The notes under the pieces are model-generated. The model ran no database searches. It was given only the letters and a program-made list of their open reading frames with translations, and was not told where the DNA came from. From Nitrospirota bacterium (lineage in GTDB: Bacteria; Nitrospirota; UBA9217): a DNA stretch of 64,000 bases. Location of the stretch: assembly GCA_963663225.1 (NCBI GenBank), contig OY760142.1:2208001-2272000 (forward strand), given 5' to 3'. The position numbers and the translations under genes were made by a program. This document shows, piece after piece, positions 1 to 10,302 of this stretch (positions are counted from its first letter, which is position 1; every line of letters starts with the position of its first letter).

Positions 1-1322
1 AGCAGCTTGCGGGCGGGACACGGTTTCCCAACCAGCGCGCGGTCGCGTCCGCCATTAACCGGAGATCGAAACGCGACCTCGATCTGCTTGACAGGATGCT
101 TGACGCGGTAAGGAACGAGACGCGCGCCGCGGGCATTCATGTGGTTTTTTCTCCGGTTGTGGATGTGAACAACAATCCTGCCAATCCGATAATCTGCACG
201 CGGGCTTTCGGCGATGAACCGGACGTCGTTGAATGGTATGCTTCCCGCTATATCGACCGTCTTCAGAAGCCGTTGCGGAAAGGCCGTTTGGCGGTCCTGG
301 CCTGCGCCAAACATTTTCCCGGCCATGGAGACACCGATCAGGATTCGCATACTGTGCTGCCGGTGATCCATGCAGGCAAACCCCGGTTGAACCGCATTGA
401 ATTGCCGCCGTTTCGGCAGGCGGTAAAAGACGGCGTCGGCATGGTCATGGTGGCGCACCTGCTGGTGCCCGCTCTTGAACCGGAAAAGCCGACGACATTT
501 TCGAAAAAAATCGTAACTGCTCTGCTTCGGGAAGGGATGGAATTTGACGGTCTGGTCGTTTCCGATGCTCTTGATATGGGGGCGCTGGCCGGCAGCTATT
601 CCCAGGAGGAAATTGCCGTGCGCTCCGTGGAAGCAGGGATGGACATACTGCTTCATCCGGTGGATGCAATCGAGACCATCAGTGCGGTTGTTTCGGCTGT
701 GGAGCAGGGGAGGTTGACCCGACAGCGAATCAGCGAATCCGTTGAACGCATTCTTGCCGCGAAGACAGCATTAGGGCTGTTCGAGAAAACGGAACCGGAA
801 ATCGGCCGGATAGACGTCCAAAAGCACCGCAGGATCGCGCGCGACATGAGCCGCAAAGCGGTCCGCATTGTGTCCGGAAACAAGAAAGCACTTCCTCTGA
901 ATCGCGATGGAGGAACGGCTTGTTTTATTCTCGATGACGACAATGTTCCCGAATCAGGAGACGTCTTCATCCATGCGATGAGAGAACAGTTCAAATTTTT
1001 GTCCATCATGACGCTGACCCCCGGGTCTGACATGCCCGAGTCTTTGGTGCTCGACAGCATCAATGCCGCCGAATCGGTTGTTATTGCGATTTACTCAAAG
1101 ATTTCCGCATCAAAAGGCCATTCCGGACTTACCGAGAAACTGCGCGGTCGGGCCATACAGATTCTCAAGGCGGCGCGATCAGTAAAAGCAAAGACCGCCG
1201 TAATCTCCTTCGACAGCCCGTATCTGCTGGATTTGTTCAGGGATGCAGACGTACGCATTGCAGCGTATGACCGGATGGATGAGATACAGCAGGCGGCTGG
1301 TAAACTGCTAGCGGGAGCGTAA
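1..1322 (+). CDS. nagZ: GH3 beta-N-acetylhexosaminidase (5' truncated by window edge)
   Basis: KHFPGHGDT..DSH motif, SPVVDVNNNPANPII, SDALDMGA. The frame is open from nt 3 (QLAGGTRFPNQRAV), so the true start lies upstream of the window. Confidence 0.85.
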   Translation, partial: QLAGGTRFPNQRAVASAINRRSKRDLDLLDRMLDAVRNETRAAGIHVVFSPVVDVNNNPANPIICTRAFGDEPDVVEWYASRYIDRLQKPLRKGRLAVLACAKHFPGHGDTDQDSHTVLPVIHAGKPRLNRIELPPFRQAVKDGVGMVMVAHLLVPALEPEKPTTFSKKIVTALLREGMEFDGLVVSDALDMGALAGSYSQEEIAVRSVEAGMDILLHPVDAIETISAVVSAVEQGRLTRQRISESVERILAAKTALGLFEKTEPEIGRIDVQKHRRIARDMSRKAVRIVSGNKKALPLNRDGGTACFILDDDNVPESGDVFIHAMREQFKFLSIMTLTPGSDMPESLVLDSINAAESVVIAIYSKISASKGHSGLTEKLRGRAIQILKAARSVKAKTAVISFDSPYLLDLFRDADVRIAAYDRMDEIQQAAGKLLAGA

Positions 1323-1347
1323 CGGCCTGACAGAGCGCCCAACTTTT

Positions 1348-1989
1348 ATGCTCACCCTGTTCCTCATCTTTTTTTCATTCGCGTTCATTCACAGCATTAC
1401 AACAGCGCCGGTGTTTAAGCGCGCTTGCGAAAAACGTGCCGGAAAAATTTTCATGCAGGCATTCTATCGGTTGCTCTATACCGTGGTCAGCGTTGTGACT
1501 GCAGCCGCGGCGTTCTCACTCATCTCCCGGCTCCCCGACCGGGAACTGTGGACGGCGCCGGAGTGGGCCGCGTGGCTCATGCAGGGCATCCGGGGAGGAG
1601 CGGTTGTTGCTGCGCTGTCTGCGTTCAGGCATCTGGACGGTTGGGAGTTTCTCGGCATTAAACAAGCGTGGAGATTTGCCACCCGGCATGAAACATCAGG
1701 AGACATCGACGGCCTGACGCAGCAAGAGCTGATTACGACCGGCGTGTATGGGCTTGTGCGCCATCCTCTGTATCTGGCCGGGATCATTTTTTTTACCATT
1801 GACCCGCGTATCACGGTTAACAGCCTTGCGGTTACTATTCTTGCGGATGCCTATTTTCTGTTCGGCATGTTCATCGAGGAACGAAGATTTCTCACAATTT
1901 TCGGTGAAGAATATGCACGATACATGAAGCGCGTCCCAAGAATGTTTCCAAGCATCTCCGGTGGTGCATTCGATGAAAAGAGGCGTTGA
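1348..1989 (+). CDS. Isoprenylcysteine carboxylmethyltransferase/NnrU-like membrane protein
   Basis: Hydrophobic helices; LITTGVYGLVRHPLY, EERRFL, FGEEYARYMKRVPRMFP. Confidence 0.8.
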   Translation: MLTLFLIFFSFAFIHSITTAPVFKRACEKRAGKIFMQAFYRLLYTVVSVVTAAAAFSLISRLPDRELWTAPEWAAWLMQGIRGGAVVAALSAFRHLDGWEFLGIKQAWRFATRHETSGDIDGLTQQELITTGVYGLVRHPLYLAGIIFFTIDPRITVNSLAVTILADAYFLFGMFIEERRFLTIFGEEYARYMKRVPRMFPSISGGAFDEKRR

Positions 1990-2184
1990 GCCGCGAAACT
2001 AAAAACGCAAGTACAGAGTTTTTTCTCGTGATGTTCACCCTGTATCTTCTTTTCGGGTGTATGCTACAATAGTGAAAAACATCATTTGTCCGGCATCAAT
2101 CCGCAGAATGAGAAGACCAGAAAGTAAAAGTAAGGCGAGATCCAGATAAAGGGTTCTGTTTGTTTTTCATAAGGAGGAAATGAA

Positions 2185-3252
2185 ATGACGAGAAAAATAT
2201 TTGAACCGTTTACCCTCCGCAGCGTGGAGTTCCGAAACCGGATTTTTGTTTCCCCGATGTGCCAATACTCCTGCGCAGACGGCGTTCCGAACGACTGGCA
2301 CCTTGTGCATCTGGGCAGCAGGGCGGTGGGCGGGGCGGGGTTGATAATTGCGGAAGCAACCGCGGTTGTTCCGGAGGGCCGGATATCCGCGAGCGACACC
2401 GGGATATGGAACGATGCGCAGGTCAGCGCCTTTCAAAGGATCACCGCGTTCATCGAATCCCAGGGTTCTGTTCCGGCCATCCAGCTTGCCCATGCAGGCA
2501 GGAAGGCATCAACAGCAGTCCCCTGGAAAGGCAGGCACCCCGTGGCCGGACGCGATGAGAGCTGGCAGCCGGTTGCGCCCAGCCCTCTTCCCTTCGAAAA
2601 GGGCCAGCCGCTGCCCCATGAACTATCTGCAGCAGAGATTGAACAGGTGATCAAGCTTTTTGCCGCCGGTGCTGAAAGAGCGCTGCGGGCCGGTTTCAAG
2701 GTCGCAGAAATTCATATGGCGCACGGCTACCTGCTGCATGAATTCCTGTCGCCGCTTACCAACCAACGGCAGGACGAATACGGAGGAAGCTTTGAGAACC
2801 GCACGAAAGTTCCGCTCAAAGTCGCGGAAGCGGTGCGTAGGGTCTGGCCTGATACTCTTCCGGTTTTTGTGCGCATTTCCGCCACGGACTGGAAGGAACA
2901 GGGATGGGACCTGGAACAGTCCATAGCATTCTGCCGGAAGCTGCGCGAGGCAGGCATCGATCTTATCGACTGCTCCAGCGGCGGCCTTGTTCCCGATGCC
3001 ATGATCCCCGCGGGGCCCGGCTACCAGGTTCCTTTTTCAGCCGCGATTCGGCGCGAATCGGGAATTCCCACAGCGGCAGTGGGATTGATTGTGAACGCGC
3101 AGCAGGCGGAGCAGATACTGGTCTGCGGCGAAGCCGATGCGGTTGTTCTGGCACGTGAAATGCTTCGGGATCCGTATTGGCCGCTGCATGCCGCGCGCGA
3201 GCTGGGAGCGGACATCCGGTGGCCTGTCCAGTACGAACGGGCGAAACCCTAG
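2185..3252 (+). CDS. namA: NADH:flavin oxidoreductase, Old Yellow Enzyme (YqjM/NamA-like)
   Basis: NRIFVSPMCQYS, IQLAHAGRKAS, EIHMAHGYLLHEFLSPLTNQRQDEYGGS; strong RBS AAGGAGG. Confidence 0.88.
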   Translation: MTRKIFEPFTLRSVEFRNRIFVSPMCQYSCADGVPNDWHLVHLGSRAVGGAGLIIAEATAVVPEGRISASDTGIWNDAQVSAFQRITAFIESQGSVPAIQLAHAGRKASTAVPWKGRHPVAGRDESWQPVAPSPLPFEKGQPLPHELSAAEIEQVIKLFAAGAERALRAGFKVAEIHMAHGYLLHEFLSPLTNQRQDEYGGSFENRTKVPLKVAEAVRRVWPDTLPVFVRISATDWKEQGWDLEQSIAFCRKLREAGIDLIDCSSGGLVPDAMIPAGPGYQVPFSAAIRRESGIPTAAVGLIVNAQQAEQILVCGEADAVVLAREMLRDPYWPLHAARELGADIRWPVQYERAKP

Positions 3253-3362
3253 CGTTTTCTACTGTAAAGCGTTTGCGGCGGGACTATATTATGAATTTGT
3301 CTGCATCAGCATAATCGTTCCTATAGTGAGAACGGGTATGCAGATGCGAAGTTGGAGGTTGC

Positions 3363-3803
3363 ATGTCTGATCTAATTTTACTGATACTGATGTTTTGCGC
3401 GGGTACGACAGTCGCGATACAGCCGTCCATTAACGCACGGCTGGCAGAGAAAGTCGGAATCGTGGAAAGCGCTTTTATCTCCTTTGCAGTAGGAACGCTC
3501 GCATTGCTGATGGTCCTGCTGGCAACCAGCGGCAGGCTGAACACAAAGGGCCTGGGCGAAACCGCTTGGTGGGAATGGACGGGTGGAATTCTCGGGGCGA
3601 TATTTGTCTCGGCCACGATTACGATTGTTCCGCGCATCGGAACCGCGGCTGCAATGGCGGCCACGATTGCCGCACAACTGATAACCGGCTTACTCCTCGA
3701 TCATTTCGGCGCATTCGGTTTCAAGGGCGCACCTCTTGACTTCAAGCGTGTTCTTGGTTGCTGTCTTCTTTTATGCGGCGTTGCGCTTGTCGGGAAACGC
3801 TGA
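3363..3803 (+). CDS. DMT family transporter (YdcZ/DUF606-like)
   Basis: AIQPSINARL, WWEWTGGILGA, LLLDHFGAFG; about 5 TM segments. Confidence 0.85.
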   Translation: MSDLILLILMFCAGTTVAIQPSINARLAEKVGIVESAFISFAVGTLALLMVLLATSGRLNTKGLGETAWWEWTGGILGAIFVSATITIVPRIGTAAAMAATIAAQLITGLLLDHFGAFGFKGAPLDFKRVLGCCLLLCGVALVGKR

Positions 3804-3897
3804 GCAAGTCGATTCTGAAAGATCGGAAAAGATCGGATGAAGCGGTGCGTGCCGAACATACAGTTCGGCGTTTTCATGGCCAGGAGCAGGAGACGGA

Positions 3898-4917
3898 ATG
3901 CCTAACCTTTGCAGATATTTTATTGCCGCCGCTATGCTGTTTTCCCTGACGGCCTGCCAGTCTCAATCGCGCGCGAATCTGCTGCGCCTGATTGATGAAA
4001 CACCGGCGAAGAAGCTCCAGTCGTATCATTTTGATCCGTCGTCACCGCTTCCGGCGCGGATAAAACCGGCCCCGGATTTCGTCGTAGCCTTCTGGAGCCA
4101 GACGGACAAGGCAACTGACTATGCTTCCTACACACCGACCGATGCCGAGAAGGGGATGATCGACGGTTACCTTTCCAAACTGCCGCGCCATTTCAAAGAC
4201 GTTCTGCAACAGCGGCTGGTAGCGGTCTATTTTATCGAAAACCTCCTCGGGAGCGGTGTCACCGATTATGTTCTGGACGACCGGGGGAACGTTTACGTCG
4301 TCATGCTGTTTAATCCGGCGGCACTCAGAACGGACCTCTCCACGTGGATGACTTTTCGCGAGAACTCCAGCTTTATCGCAGATGACCCTGCTGCGCAGAT
4401 AAAGATCAACTGCGGCACGCAATATACCGGTTTTCTATACTCGCTGGTCCACGAATCGACGCATGCCGTCGACTATGCTGAATTGTACACGCCGTATCCC
4501 GAAAAACAGATAAAAATCATAAAGCAGATCAAAAAAATCCGGACGCCTTTTACGGAAGACGTCTGGATCGACATGCACACTCCCCGGGCTTCTTACGATT
4601 TCAATGCCCGCAATAGTCTGTCGTTTTATGGGGCGGATGGTGGACCGAAAACCAGCATCAGAGATGCGCCTCAAAACTACAAACAGCTTTCAGAAACGCC
4701 GTTTGTTTCGCTTTACGGGAGCACGAGCTGGGCCGAGGATTTTGCAGACTTCGTGATGTTCTATCACCTGACGCAGGTGTTGAAGCAGCCGTACGAAATA
4801 CATGTAACGGAAAAATCGGGTCCCACCCGGATTTTTAGACCTATGGATTCTCCCTTGGTGCAAAAACGGTTTCCGATCGTTCAGAAGTTCTATGAGCGGA
4901 GAGCGGGCCTTAAGTGA
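3898..4917 (+). CDS. Hypothetical lipoprotein, putative zinc metallopeptidase
   Basis: Lipobox LTAC; HESTH (HExxH); downstream SLYGSTSWAEDFAD. Confidence 0.6.
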   Translation: MPNLCRYFIAAAMLFSLTACQSQSRANLLRLIDETPAKKLQSYHFDPSSPLPARIKPAPDFVVAFWSQTDKATDYASYTPTDAEKGMIDGYLSKLPRHFKDVLQQRLVAVYFIENLLGSGVTDYVLDDRGNVYVVMLFNPAALRTDLSTWMTFRENSSFIADDPAAQIKINCGTQYTGFLYSLVHESTHAVDYAELYTPYPEKQIKIIKQIKKIRTPFTEDVWIDMHTPRASYDFNARNSLSFYGADGGPKTSIRDAPQNYKQLSETPFVSLYGSTSWAEDFADFVMFYHLTQVLKQPYEIHVTEKSGPTRIFRPMDSPLVQKRFPIVQKFYERRAGLK

Positions 4918-4955
4918 ACGGAATCGCCACATGACAATGTGTTAAGGAGAGGAAA

Positions 4956-5741
4956 ATGATCTATCAGGACATCCAACGTATCCGCACCGAATCACCGCTG
5001 GTGCATAATATCACCAATTATGTGGTCATGAACAGCACGGCTAACGCACTGTTGGCCATCGGCGCGTCTCCTGTGATGGCCCATGCCATTGAGGAAGTCA
5101 CCGAGATGGTCAGCATTGCCCGGGCGCTGGTCATTAATATAGGGACCCTGAGTGCGCCATGGGTCGAGGCAATGATCAGAGCCGGACAGGAAGCCCGTGT
5201 GCGCAAGATTCCGATCATTTTGGATCCGGTCGGCTGCGGCGCCACGCAGTTCCGTACCGCCACCGCCCAAAGACTGATGCAGCAACTCCGCCCCACGATC
5301 ATCCGGGGCAATGCTTCAGAAATCCGATCTCTGCTTCGCGCGGACCGGGGAACCAGAGGAGTGGACAGCCAGCACTCGCCTGAGGAAGTCGCAGACGATG
5401 CCCGGGTTTTGTCCCGCTCCGCAGGATGTGTTGTGTCGATGAGCGGTCCGGTGGACATGATTGTTGAAGGTGATTCCATGATATTGGTCGAGAATGGACA
5501 TCCGATGATGGCGAAGGTCACCGGCATGGGCTGTACGGCCAGCGCCGTAACCGGAGCATTTGCAGCGATCAATCCTTCTCCGCTCAGGGCTGCTGCGCAT
5601 GCCATGGCGGTCATGGGCATTGCCGGAGAAATGGCTGCTGAGCGCTCCACCGGACCGGGAAGTTTTCAGGTAAATTTTCTGGATATTTTGCACTGCATTC
5701 AGGAAACCGATATCGCGCAGCGGCTTAAAATGAAGGATTAA
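4956..5741 (+). CDS. thiM: Hydroxyethylthiazole kinase
   Basis: PLVHNITNYVVMNSTANALLAIGASPVMAH, IRGNASEI, VTGMGCTASA. Confidence 0.95.
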   Translation: MIYQDIQRIRTESPLVHNITNYVVMNSTANALLAIGASPVMAHAIEEVTEMVSIARALVINIGTLSAPWVEAMIRAGQEARVRKIPIILDPVGCGATQFRTATAQRLMQQLRPTIIRGNASEIRSLLRADRGTRGVDSQHSPEEVADDARVLSRSAGCVVSMSGPVDMIVEGDSMILVENGHPMMAKVTGMGCTASAVTGAFAAINPSPLRAAAHAMAVMGIAGEMAAERSTGPGSFQVNFLDILHCIQETDIAQRLKMKD

Positions 5742-5753
5742 TACGGCAAAAAA

Positions 5754-6395
5754 ATGAACGATCTTGACATCCAGACAGCTTACTGGGATCGCGTTGCCGC
5801 ATCCAAAACATTTACCCACCCCATCCCGCTTTCAATATTGCATGATCTTTTACCGTCCTCGGCCAAAATACTAGATTATGGATGCGGCTATGGACGAACA
5901 TGCTCCGAATTATCCGACGCTGGATACCGCAACGTAGTTGGAATTGATATTTCCGGAGAAATGGTAAGGCGCGGCCAGCGTCTGTTCAAAAGCCTGGATC
6001 TCCGCACGTTCGACGGAATATCCACCGGATTCGATGATAATTCGTTTGACGCCTGCCTTTTAATGGCTGTCCTGACCTGCATACCGTCGGACAGGGGGCA
6101 GGAGCGCGCTATCGAGGAAATATGCAGATTGTTAAGGCCCGGCGGCATTCTGTTTGTCAGCGACTATCCTTTGCAGACTGATGCGAGAAACCTGAAGCGA
6201 TATCAGGAATTCGAAAAAGAGTTCGGCGGATTCGGCGTGTTTCGCACTGAGGATGCCGTGGTCCGGCATCATGACATGAAGCATATGCAAAGGTTATTGT
6301 TGTACTTTGACGTTTTATGGCAGGAGAATATAAGAGTCAGCACCATGAACGGCAATGAATCGGACGCGTTCCAGATCATAGCTCGAAAGAGCTAG
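5754..6395 (+). CDS. Class I SAM-dependent methyltransferase
   Basis: ILDYGCGYG motif I, GIDIS, LLRPGGILF. Confidence 0.88.
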   Translation: MNDLDIQTAYWDRVAASKTFTHPIPLSILHDLLPSSAKILDYGCGYGRTCSELSDAGYRNVVGIDISGEMVRRGQRLFKSLDLRTFDGISTGFDDNSFDACLLMAVLTCIPSDRGQERAIEEICRLLRPGGILFVSDYPLQTDARNLKRYQEFEKEFGGFGVFRTEDAVVRHHDMKHMQRLLLYFDVLWQENIRVSTMNGNESDAFQIIARKS

Positions 6396-6458
6396 AATAC
6401 GACAATGCTCCAACTTCGCTCTTAAATAGACAGCCTTATGACGCGCTGTGAGTGGCTG

Positions 6459-6532
6459 TTATTTGCTGTCGGTATTATTGTTCGCCTTCATCCCTTCCTC
6501 GAGCGTTTTGAGAAATATTGCGCGGGCCGGTT
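6459..6532 (-). pseudogene. Remnant of the 3' end of the alpha/beta-hydrolase gene at 12362-13714
   Basis: 6463-6532 matches 12369-12438 at 67/70 nt. The minus strand reads PARAIFLKTLEEGMKANNNTDSK* versus PARAIFLKTLEEGMKANNNADSKQ*. Confidence 0.8.
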
Positions 6533-6718
6533 TAACGCCGATAAAAAGACCGTGCGGCACAGAGAGCTATTTCCCCTGGATTGTCAAAAAGCCTTTGAGC
6601 TGAGGGCACGGCTCGTACGGGGTGGGAATGAAGGAGGAAGCCCCCCAGTCAGATTCATGATGCCGGCTGAGCAGCATTTCCAGTGGACGCCCGGCGGCCA
6701 TCGCGTGTATAGGAGAAG

Positions 6719-6734
6719 TGGAACATTGCTTGCA
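6719..6734 (+). promoter_or_regulatory. Possible sigma-54 (-24/-12) promoter upstream of the regulator gene
   Basis: TGGAAC-ATTGC-TTGCA with GG-N10-GC spacing, 124 nt before ATG 6859. Confidence 0.45.
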
Positions 6735-6858
6735 AGGGTTTTAATGGTTCAATTATTTGAAATCACGCTGCCTCGCTTGCAACGTTGCTGGACGATGAAT
6801 GTAAGATTGAATAAGTCTATTCTCAGGAAGCTGTTCCTCTATAGAAAAAGGTAAAAAT

Positions 6859-8724
6859 ATGAAGCCAATTTTGATAATAGTCCCGCACGAAAAGATAGAA
6901 TGTGTTGCAAAAACGGTATCGGCACATTATGACGATGTTGACGTCGAATTCGGTCTTCTAAAGGATTCAATCGAAATAGTCAAACGTGCAGAGATCGAAG
7001 GTGTTGAAGCCATAATATCAAGGGGCGGGACTGCAAAGATGATTATAGAGAACTTTCCGAACATGCCCGTTGTGGAGATGCCGGTTTCGCCATATGATAT
7101 GATTTCTGCCATCTATAATGCAAAACGGTACGGAAGAGATGTGTATGTGCTCGGTTTTGACAATATTATACGCGGAGTCGAAAACCTTGAATCGATTTTG
7201 GATATAAATATTCATTCGTATCTAATACAAAGTGAGGAAGATGGGGAAGCCTATATCAGCAGTATAATCGGATCGGGAGCCCGCATTGATGCTCTTCTCG
7301 GCGGTACGGCTGCCGAAAAGATTGCGCGAAAACACAGTATTAATACTGTGTTCCTGGAAACGAGTGCAGGTGCAATCGAATGCGGAATAAAAGAAGCCAG
7401 AAAAATGATCGAAATTGCCCGCAAGGAAAAACAAAAAACCGAGCAGGCCAAATCGATTCTGCATTATATAACCCAGGGCGTGATTTCTGTTGATAGCAGC
7501 AGCAGAATAGTGACATTCAACAACTCTGCCGAAAAGATGACGGGGCTTTCCTGTGAAGAGGCGATCGGAAAATCGATTAAGGACGTCATGCCCGAAATTG
7601 ACCTGTCAGGCGTGATGGCAAGCAATGTTCCCGAGCTCGGCCAGTTGCATCGTATCGGGAGGATGCAGGTTATGGTCAACAAAGGTCCAGTTATGATCAA
7701 GGGTAATACAGGCGGCGCAGTTGCTACATTTGAAGACGTTACGATAATACAGGAGTATGAACGGCAGATACGGGCAAAGCTCCTGAACAAAGGACATATC
7801 GCCAAATACAGTTTAAACGATATTCTAGGGGAGAGCGACGCTATTGTAAAAATGAAAGAGAAAGCAAAAAGATATGCCGCGATGGACAGCACCATATTAA
7901 TTGAGGGTAAGAGCGGCACCGGAAAAGAGATGTTTGCGCAGGGGGTTCATCTGGCCAGCAGCAGGCGGAAAGGGCCTTTCGTTGCGGTAAACTGCTCGAC
8001 AATTCCGCGTGATCTGATCGAAAGTGAACTTTTTGGATACGAGGAAGGAGCCTTCACCGGCGCGAGAAAGGTCGGCAAACAGGGGCTGTTTGTCGAAGCC
8101 CATTGCGGTACCATATTTCTTGATGAGATTGGAGAGGTTCCCCTGGAGCTTCAAAGCCGTCTTTTACGGGTCTTGCAGGAGAAAGAGATCCGTCCCTTGG
8201 GATCGAATAAAATAATACCTGTCGATGTCAGGATCATAGCTGCGACTAACAGAAATCTTCTTAAGGAAGTCAGGGACAATCGGTTCAGGGTCGATCTGTA
8301 TTACCGGCTCAATATCCTCAATCTGATGATTCCGACCCTCAATGAGAGGGGTGATGATATAAAATTACTAAGTCGCCATTTGCTGAAAAAAAAATCTACA
8401 AGATATAATAAGACCTTAACTGTAACAGATGATGCACTCAACAGACTGTATGACTATCACTGGCCGGGAAATATCCGCGAACTTGAAAATATCATAGAAA
8501 GGCTTATCGCAATGAATGATAGTTCGATATCATCTGCCGACGTTGATGAGCTGATCTGCGAGAATCTCCAAAATAGCGACGAAGCAGATGCCGAATCAAT
8601 GGAGGCTGTGAAAAAGAAGCATATTCTGCAAATTCTTTCTGAATGCAAGGGCAACCAGACACTGGCAGCAAAAAAACTAGGCATCAGCCGAACACACCTG
8701 TGGCGCATACTTCAAGACAGATAA
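6859..8724 (+). CDS. Sigma-54-dependent activator, PrpR-like (PrpR_N, PAS, AAA+, Fis-type HTH)
   Basis: IISRGGTA (PrpR N-terminus), GKSGTGKE, ESELFGYEEGAFTGA, FLDEIGE, WPGNIRELEN, AAKKLGISRTHLWR. Confidence 0.92.
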   Translation: MKPILIIVPHEKIECVAKTVSAHYDDVDVEFGLLKDSIEIVKRAEIEGVEAIISRGGTAKMIIENFPNMPVVEMPVSPYDMISAIYNAKRYGRDVYVLGFDNIIRGVENLESILDINIHSYLIQSEEDGEAYISSIIGSGARIDALLGGTAAEKIARKHSINTVFLETSAGAIECGIKEARKMIEIARKEKQKTEQAKSILHYITQGVISVDSSSRIVTFNNSAEKMTGLSCEEAIGKSIKDVMPEIDLSGVMASNVPELGQLHRIGRMQVMVNKGPVMIKGNTGGAVATFEDVTIIQEYERQIRAKLLNKGHIAKYSLNDILGESDAIVKMKEKAKRYAAMDSTILIEGKSGTGKEMFAQGVHLASSRRKGPFVAVNCSTIPRDLIESELFGYEEGAFTGARKVGKQGLFVEAHCGTIFLDEIGEVPLELQSRLLRVLQEKEIRPLGSNKIIPVDVRIIAATNRNLLKEVRDNRFRVDLYYRLNILNLMIPTLNERGDDIKLLSRHLLKKKSTRYNKTLTVTDDALNRLYDYHWPGNIRELENIIERLIAMNDSSISSADVDELICENLQNSDEADAESMEAVKKKHILQILSECKGNQTLAAKKLGISRTHLWRILQDR

Positions 8725-8737
8725 AATTGAGTGCGGG

Positions 8738-8775
8738 TGTTACATTATGTAATATGGCTGATAATTTTTGTAACA
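8738..8775. promoter_or_regulatory. Tandem imperfect palindromes, candidate enhancer (UAS) for the activator
   Basis: TGTTACA-TTA-TGTAATA (8738-8754) and TGATAAT-TTT-TGTAACA (8759-8775), about 170-200 nt upstream of the sigma-54 promoter. Confidence 0.5.
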
Positions 8776-8944
8776 CTGTTGTTCCTGTACTATGATCTTC
8801 GGCAAATACTCTATTCTGATATATTGTAATTCCGGCAGGTTAATTGCGTAGAATATGTTTCTCAGGCAGTTAATATTGCCGAACCTTTCCCTGTTCACCG
8901 TATAAAATCATACATTATTTCATATCTAATCTCTTCTACAGTTC

Positions 8945-8960
8945 TGGCACGGATGTTGCG
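8945..8960 (+). promoter_or_regulatory. Sigma-54 promoter
   Basis: TGGCAC-GGATG-TTGCG fits the TGGCAC-N5-TTGC consensus and lies directly downstream of a sigma-54 activator gene. Confidence 0.85.
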
Positions 8961-9036
8961 ATTCCCTTACCTGAAATTTAAACAGCCGGTACGAAAGGAC
9001 AGGTTTTAGCGGACCTGTCCGAGGAGAGAAGGGTTT

Positions 9037-10290
9037 ATGCACGCTCTAGAAAAAATCCTTGCGCGCGCTGCGGGCATGAATTGGGTCGCAACCGGAGAAA
9101 TAATAAATTGCAGTATTGATCTTGCGGGGATCAACGATCTTTATCTTCAGACAATAAAGTCTTTTTTTGAGGTTGGAGGTAAGAATGTATCATATCCCGA
9201 AAAAATAGTGATGTTTCTTGATCACTATGCCCCCCCTTCAACGATCATGCAGGCGGATAATCAAAAACAGTTCAGAGAATTCTGCTGGGACCAGGGCATA
9301 ACACATCTGATGGATATCGACCAGGGTGTCTGTCATCAGGTGCTTGCCGACAAGGGGATGTCGTATCCGGGAGAGATCATTGTTGTAACAGATTCCCACA
9401 CGACCACACACGGAGCTTTCGGCGCGTTCGGAACCGGGGTGGGCGCCACCGATCTAGCGATAATTATGGCAACGGGAAAGCTGTGGTTCCGTGTTCCGGA
9501 GATAATCAGAATAGATCTGACTGGCGAACTTTCCAAAGGAGTCTTCGCAAAAGATATTATTCTCCACATAATCGGGGATCTTGGCGCAGATTATGGTGTA
9601 TACAAGGCGATTGAGTTTACAGGCCCATTGCTCAAGAAATTGAGTGTATCGGAGCGCATGGTCCTGTGCAATATGACGATCGAAATGGGCGCCAAAACCA
9701 GTTATATTCAGCCTGATGAAATTACCCTGGATTTTTTGAGAGACAAAGTTAAGAAAAGTTACGAAATACCAACCACGGATCCGGATTATCGATACGCTGT
9801 CGAGTTCAATTACGATGTTACGCGACTTAAACCGCAGGTTGCAGCACCGCACAGCGTCGATAACGTATCGGACCTGGCAGAACACCTTGGAACCCCTATC
9901 AATCAGGCATTTCTCGGAACTTGCACAGGCGGTCGAGTGGAAGATCTCGCTATCGCTGCGCGTATACTGTACGGAAAGAAGATAAATCCCCGGACCCGTC
10001 TTATTGTCGTTCCTGCATCAAAAAAGGTTTTTATGGACGCGATCGAAAAAGGCTATATCCAGACGCTCATCGAATCCGGAGCTACTTTTGTAACGCCAGG
10101 ATGCGCCGCGTGTCTTGGCACACATCAGGGGATGATTGCATCAGGAGAGAAGTGCATCACGTCATCAAGCAGAAATTTCCCGGGACGTATGGGACACAAC
10201 AAGGGTGAAATATTTTTAGCTTCACCTGCCGCAGTAGCAGCTTCGGCTCTTGAAGGCCGAATAGCAGATCCGTCACGTTATATGGATTAA
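9037..10290 (+). CDS. LeuC/HacA/DmdA-family [4Fe-4S] hydratase large subunit
   Basis: DSHTTTHGAFGAFGTGVG, FLGTCTGGR, PGCAACLG, SSRNFPGRMG. Confidence 0.9.
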   Translation: MHALEKILARAAGMNWVATGEIINCSIDLAGINDLYLQTIKSFFEVGGKNVSYPEKIVMFLDHYAPPSTIMQADNQKQFREFCWDQGITHLMDIDQGVCHQVLADKGMSYPGEIIVVTDSHTTTHGAFGAFGTGVGATDLAIIMATGKLWFRVPEIIRIDLTGELSKGVFAKDIILHIIGDLGADYGVYKAIEFTGPLLKKLSVSERMVLCNMTIEMGAKTSYIQPDEITLDFLRDKVKKSYEIPTTDPDYRYAVEFNYDVTRLKPQVAAPHSVDNVSDLAEHLGTPINQAFLGTCTGGRVEDLAIAARILYGKKINPRTRLIVVPASKKVFMDAIEKGYIQTLIESGATFVTPGCAACLGTHQGMIASGEKCITSSSRNFPGRMGHNKGEIFLASPAAVAASALEGRIADPSRYMD

Positions 10291-10302
10291 GGAAAATCAA
10301 AT

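Noticed and set aside
6438-6854. 138-aa ORF on the + strand
   Set aside because: It is antisense to the hydrolase remnant, spans promoter-like sequence and has no recognisable motif.
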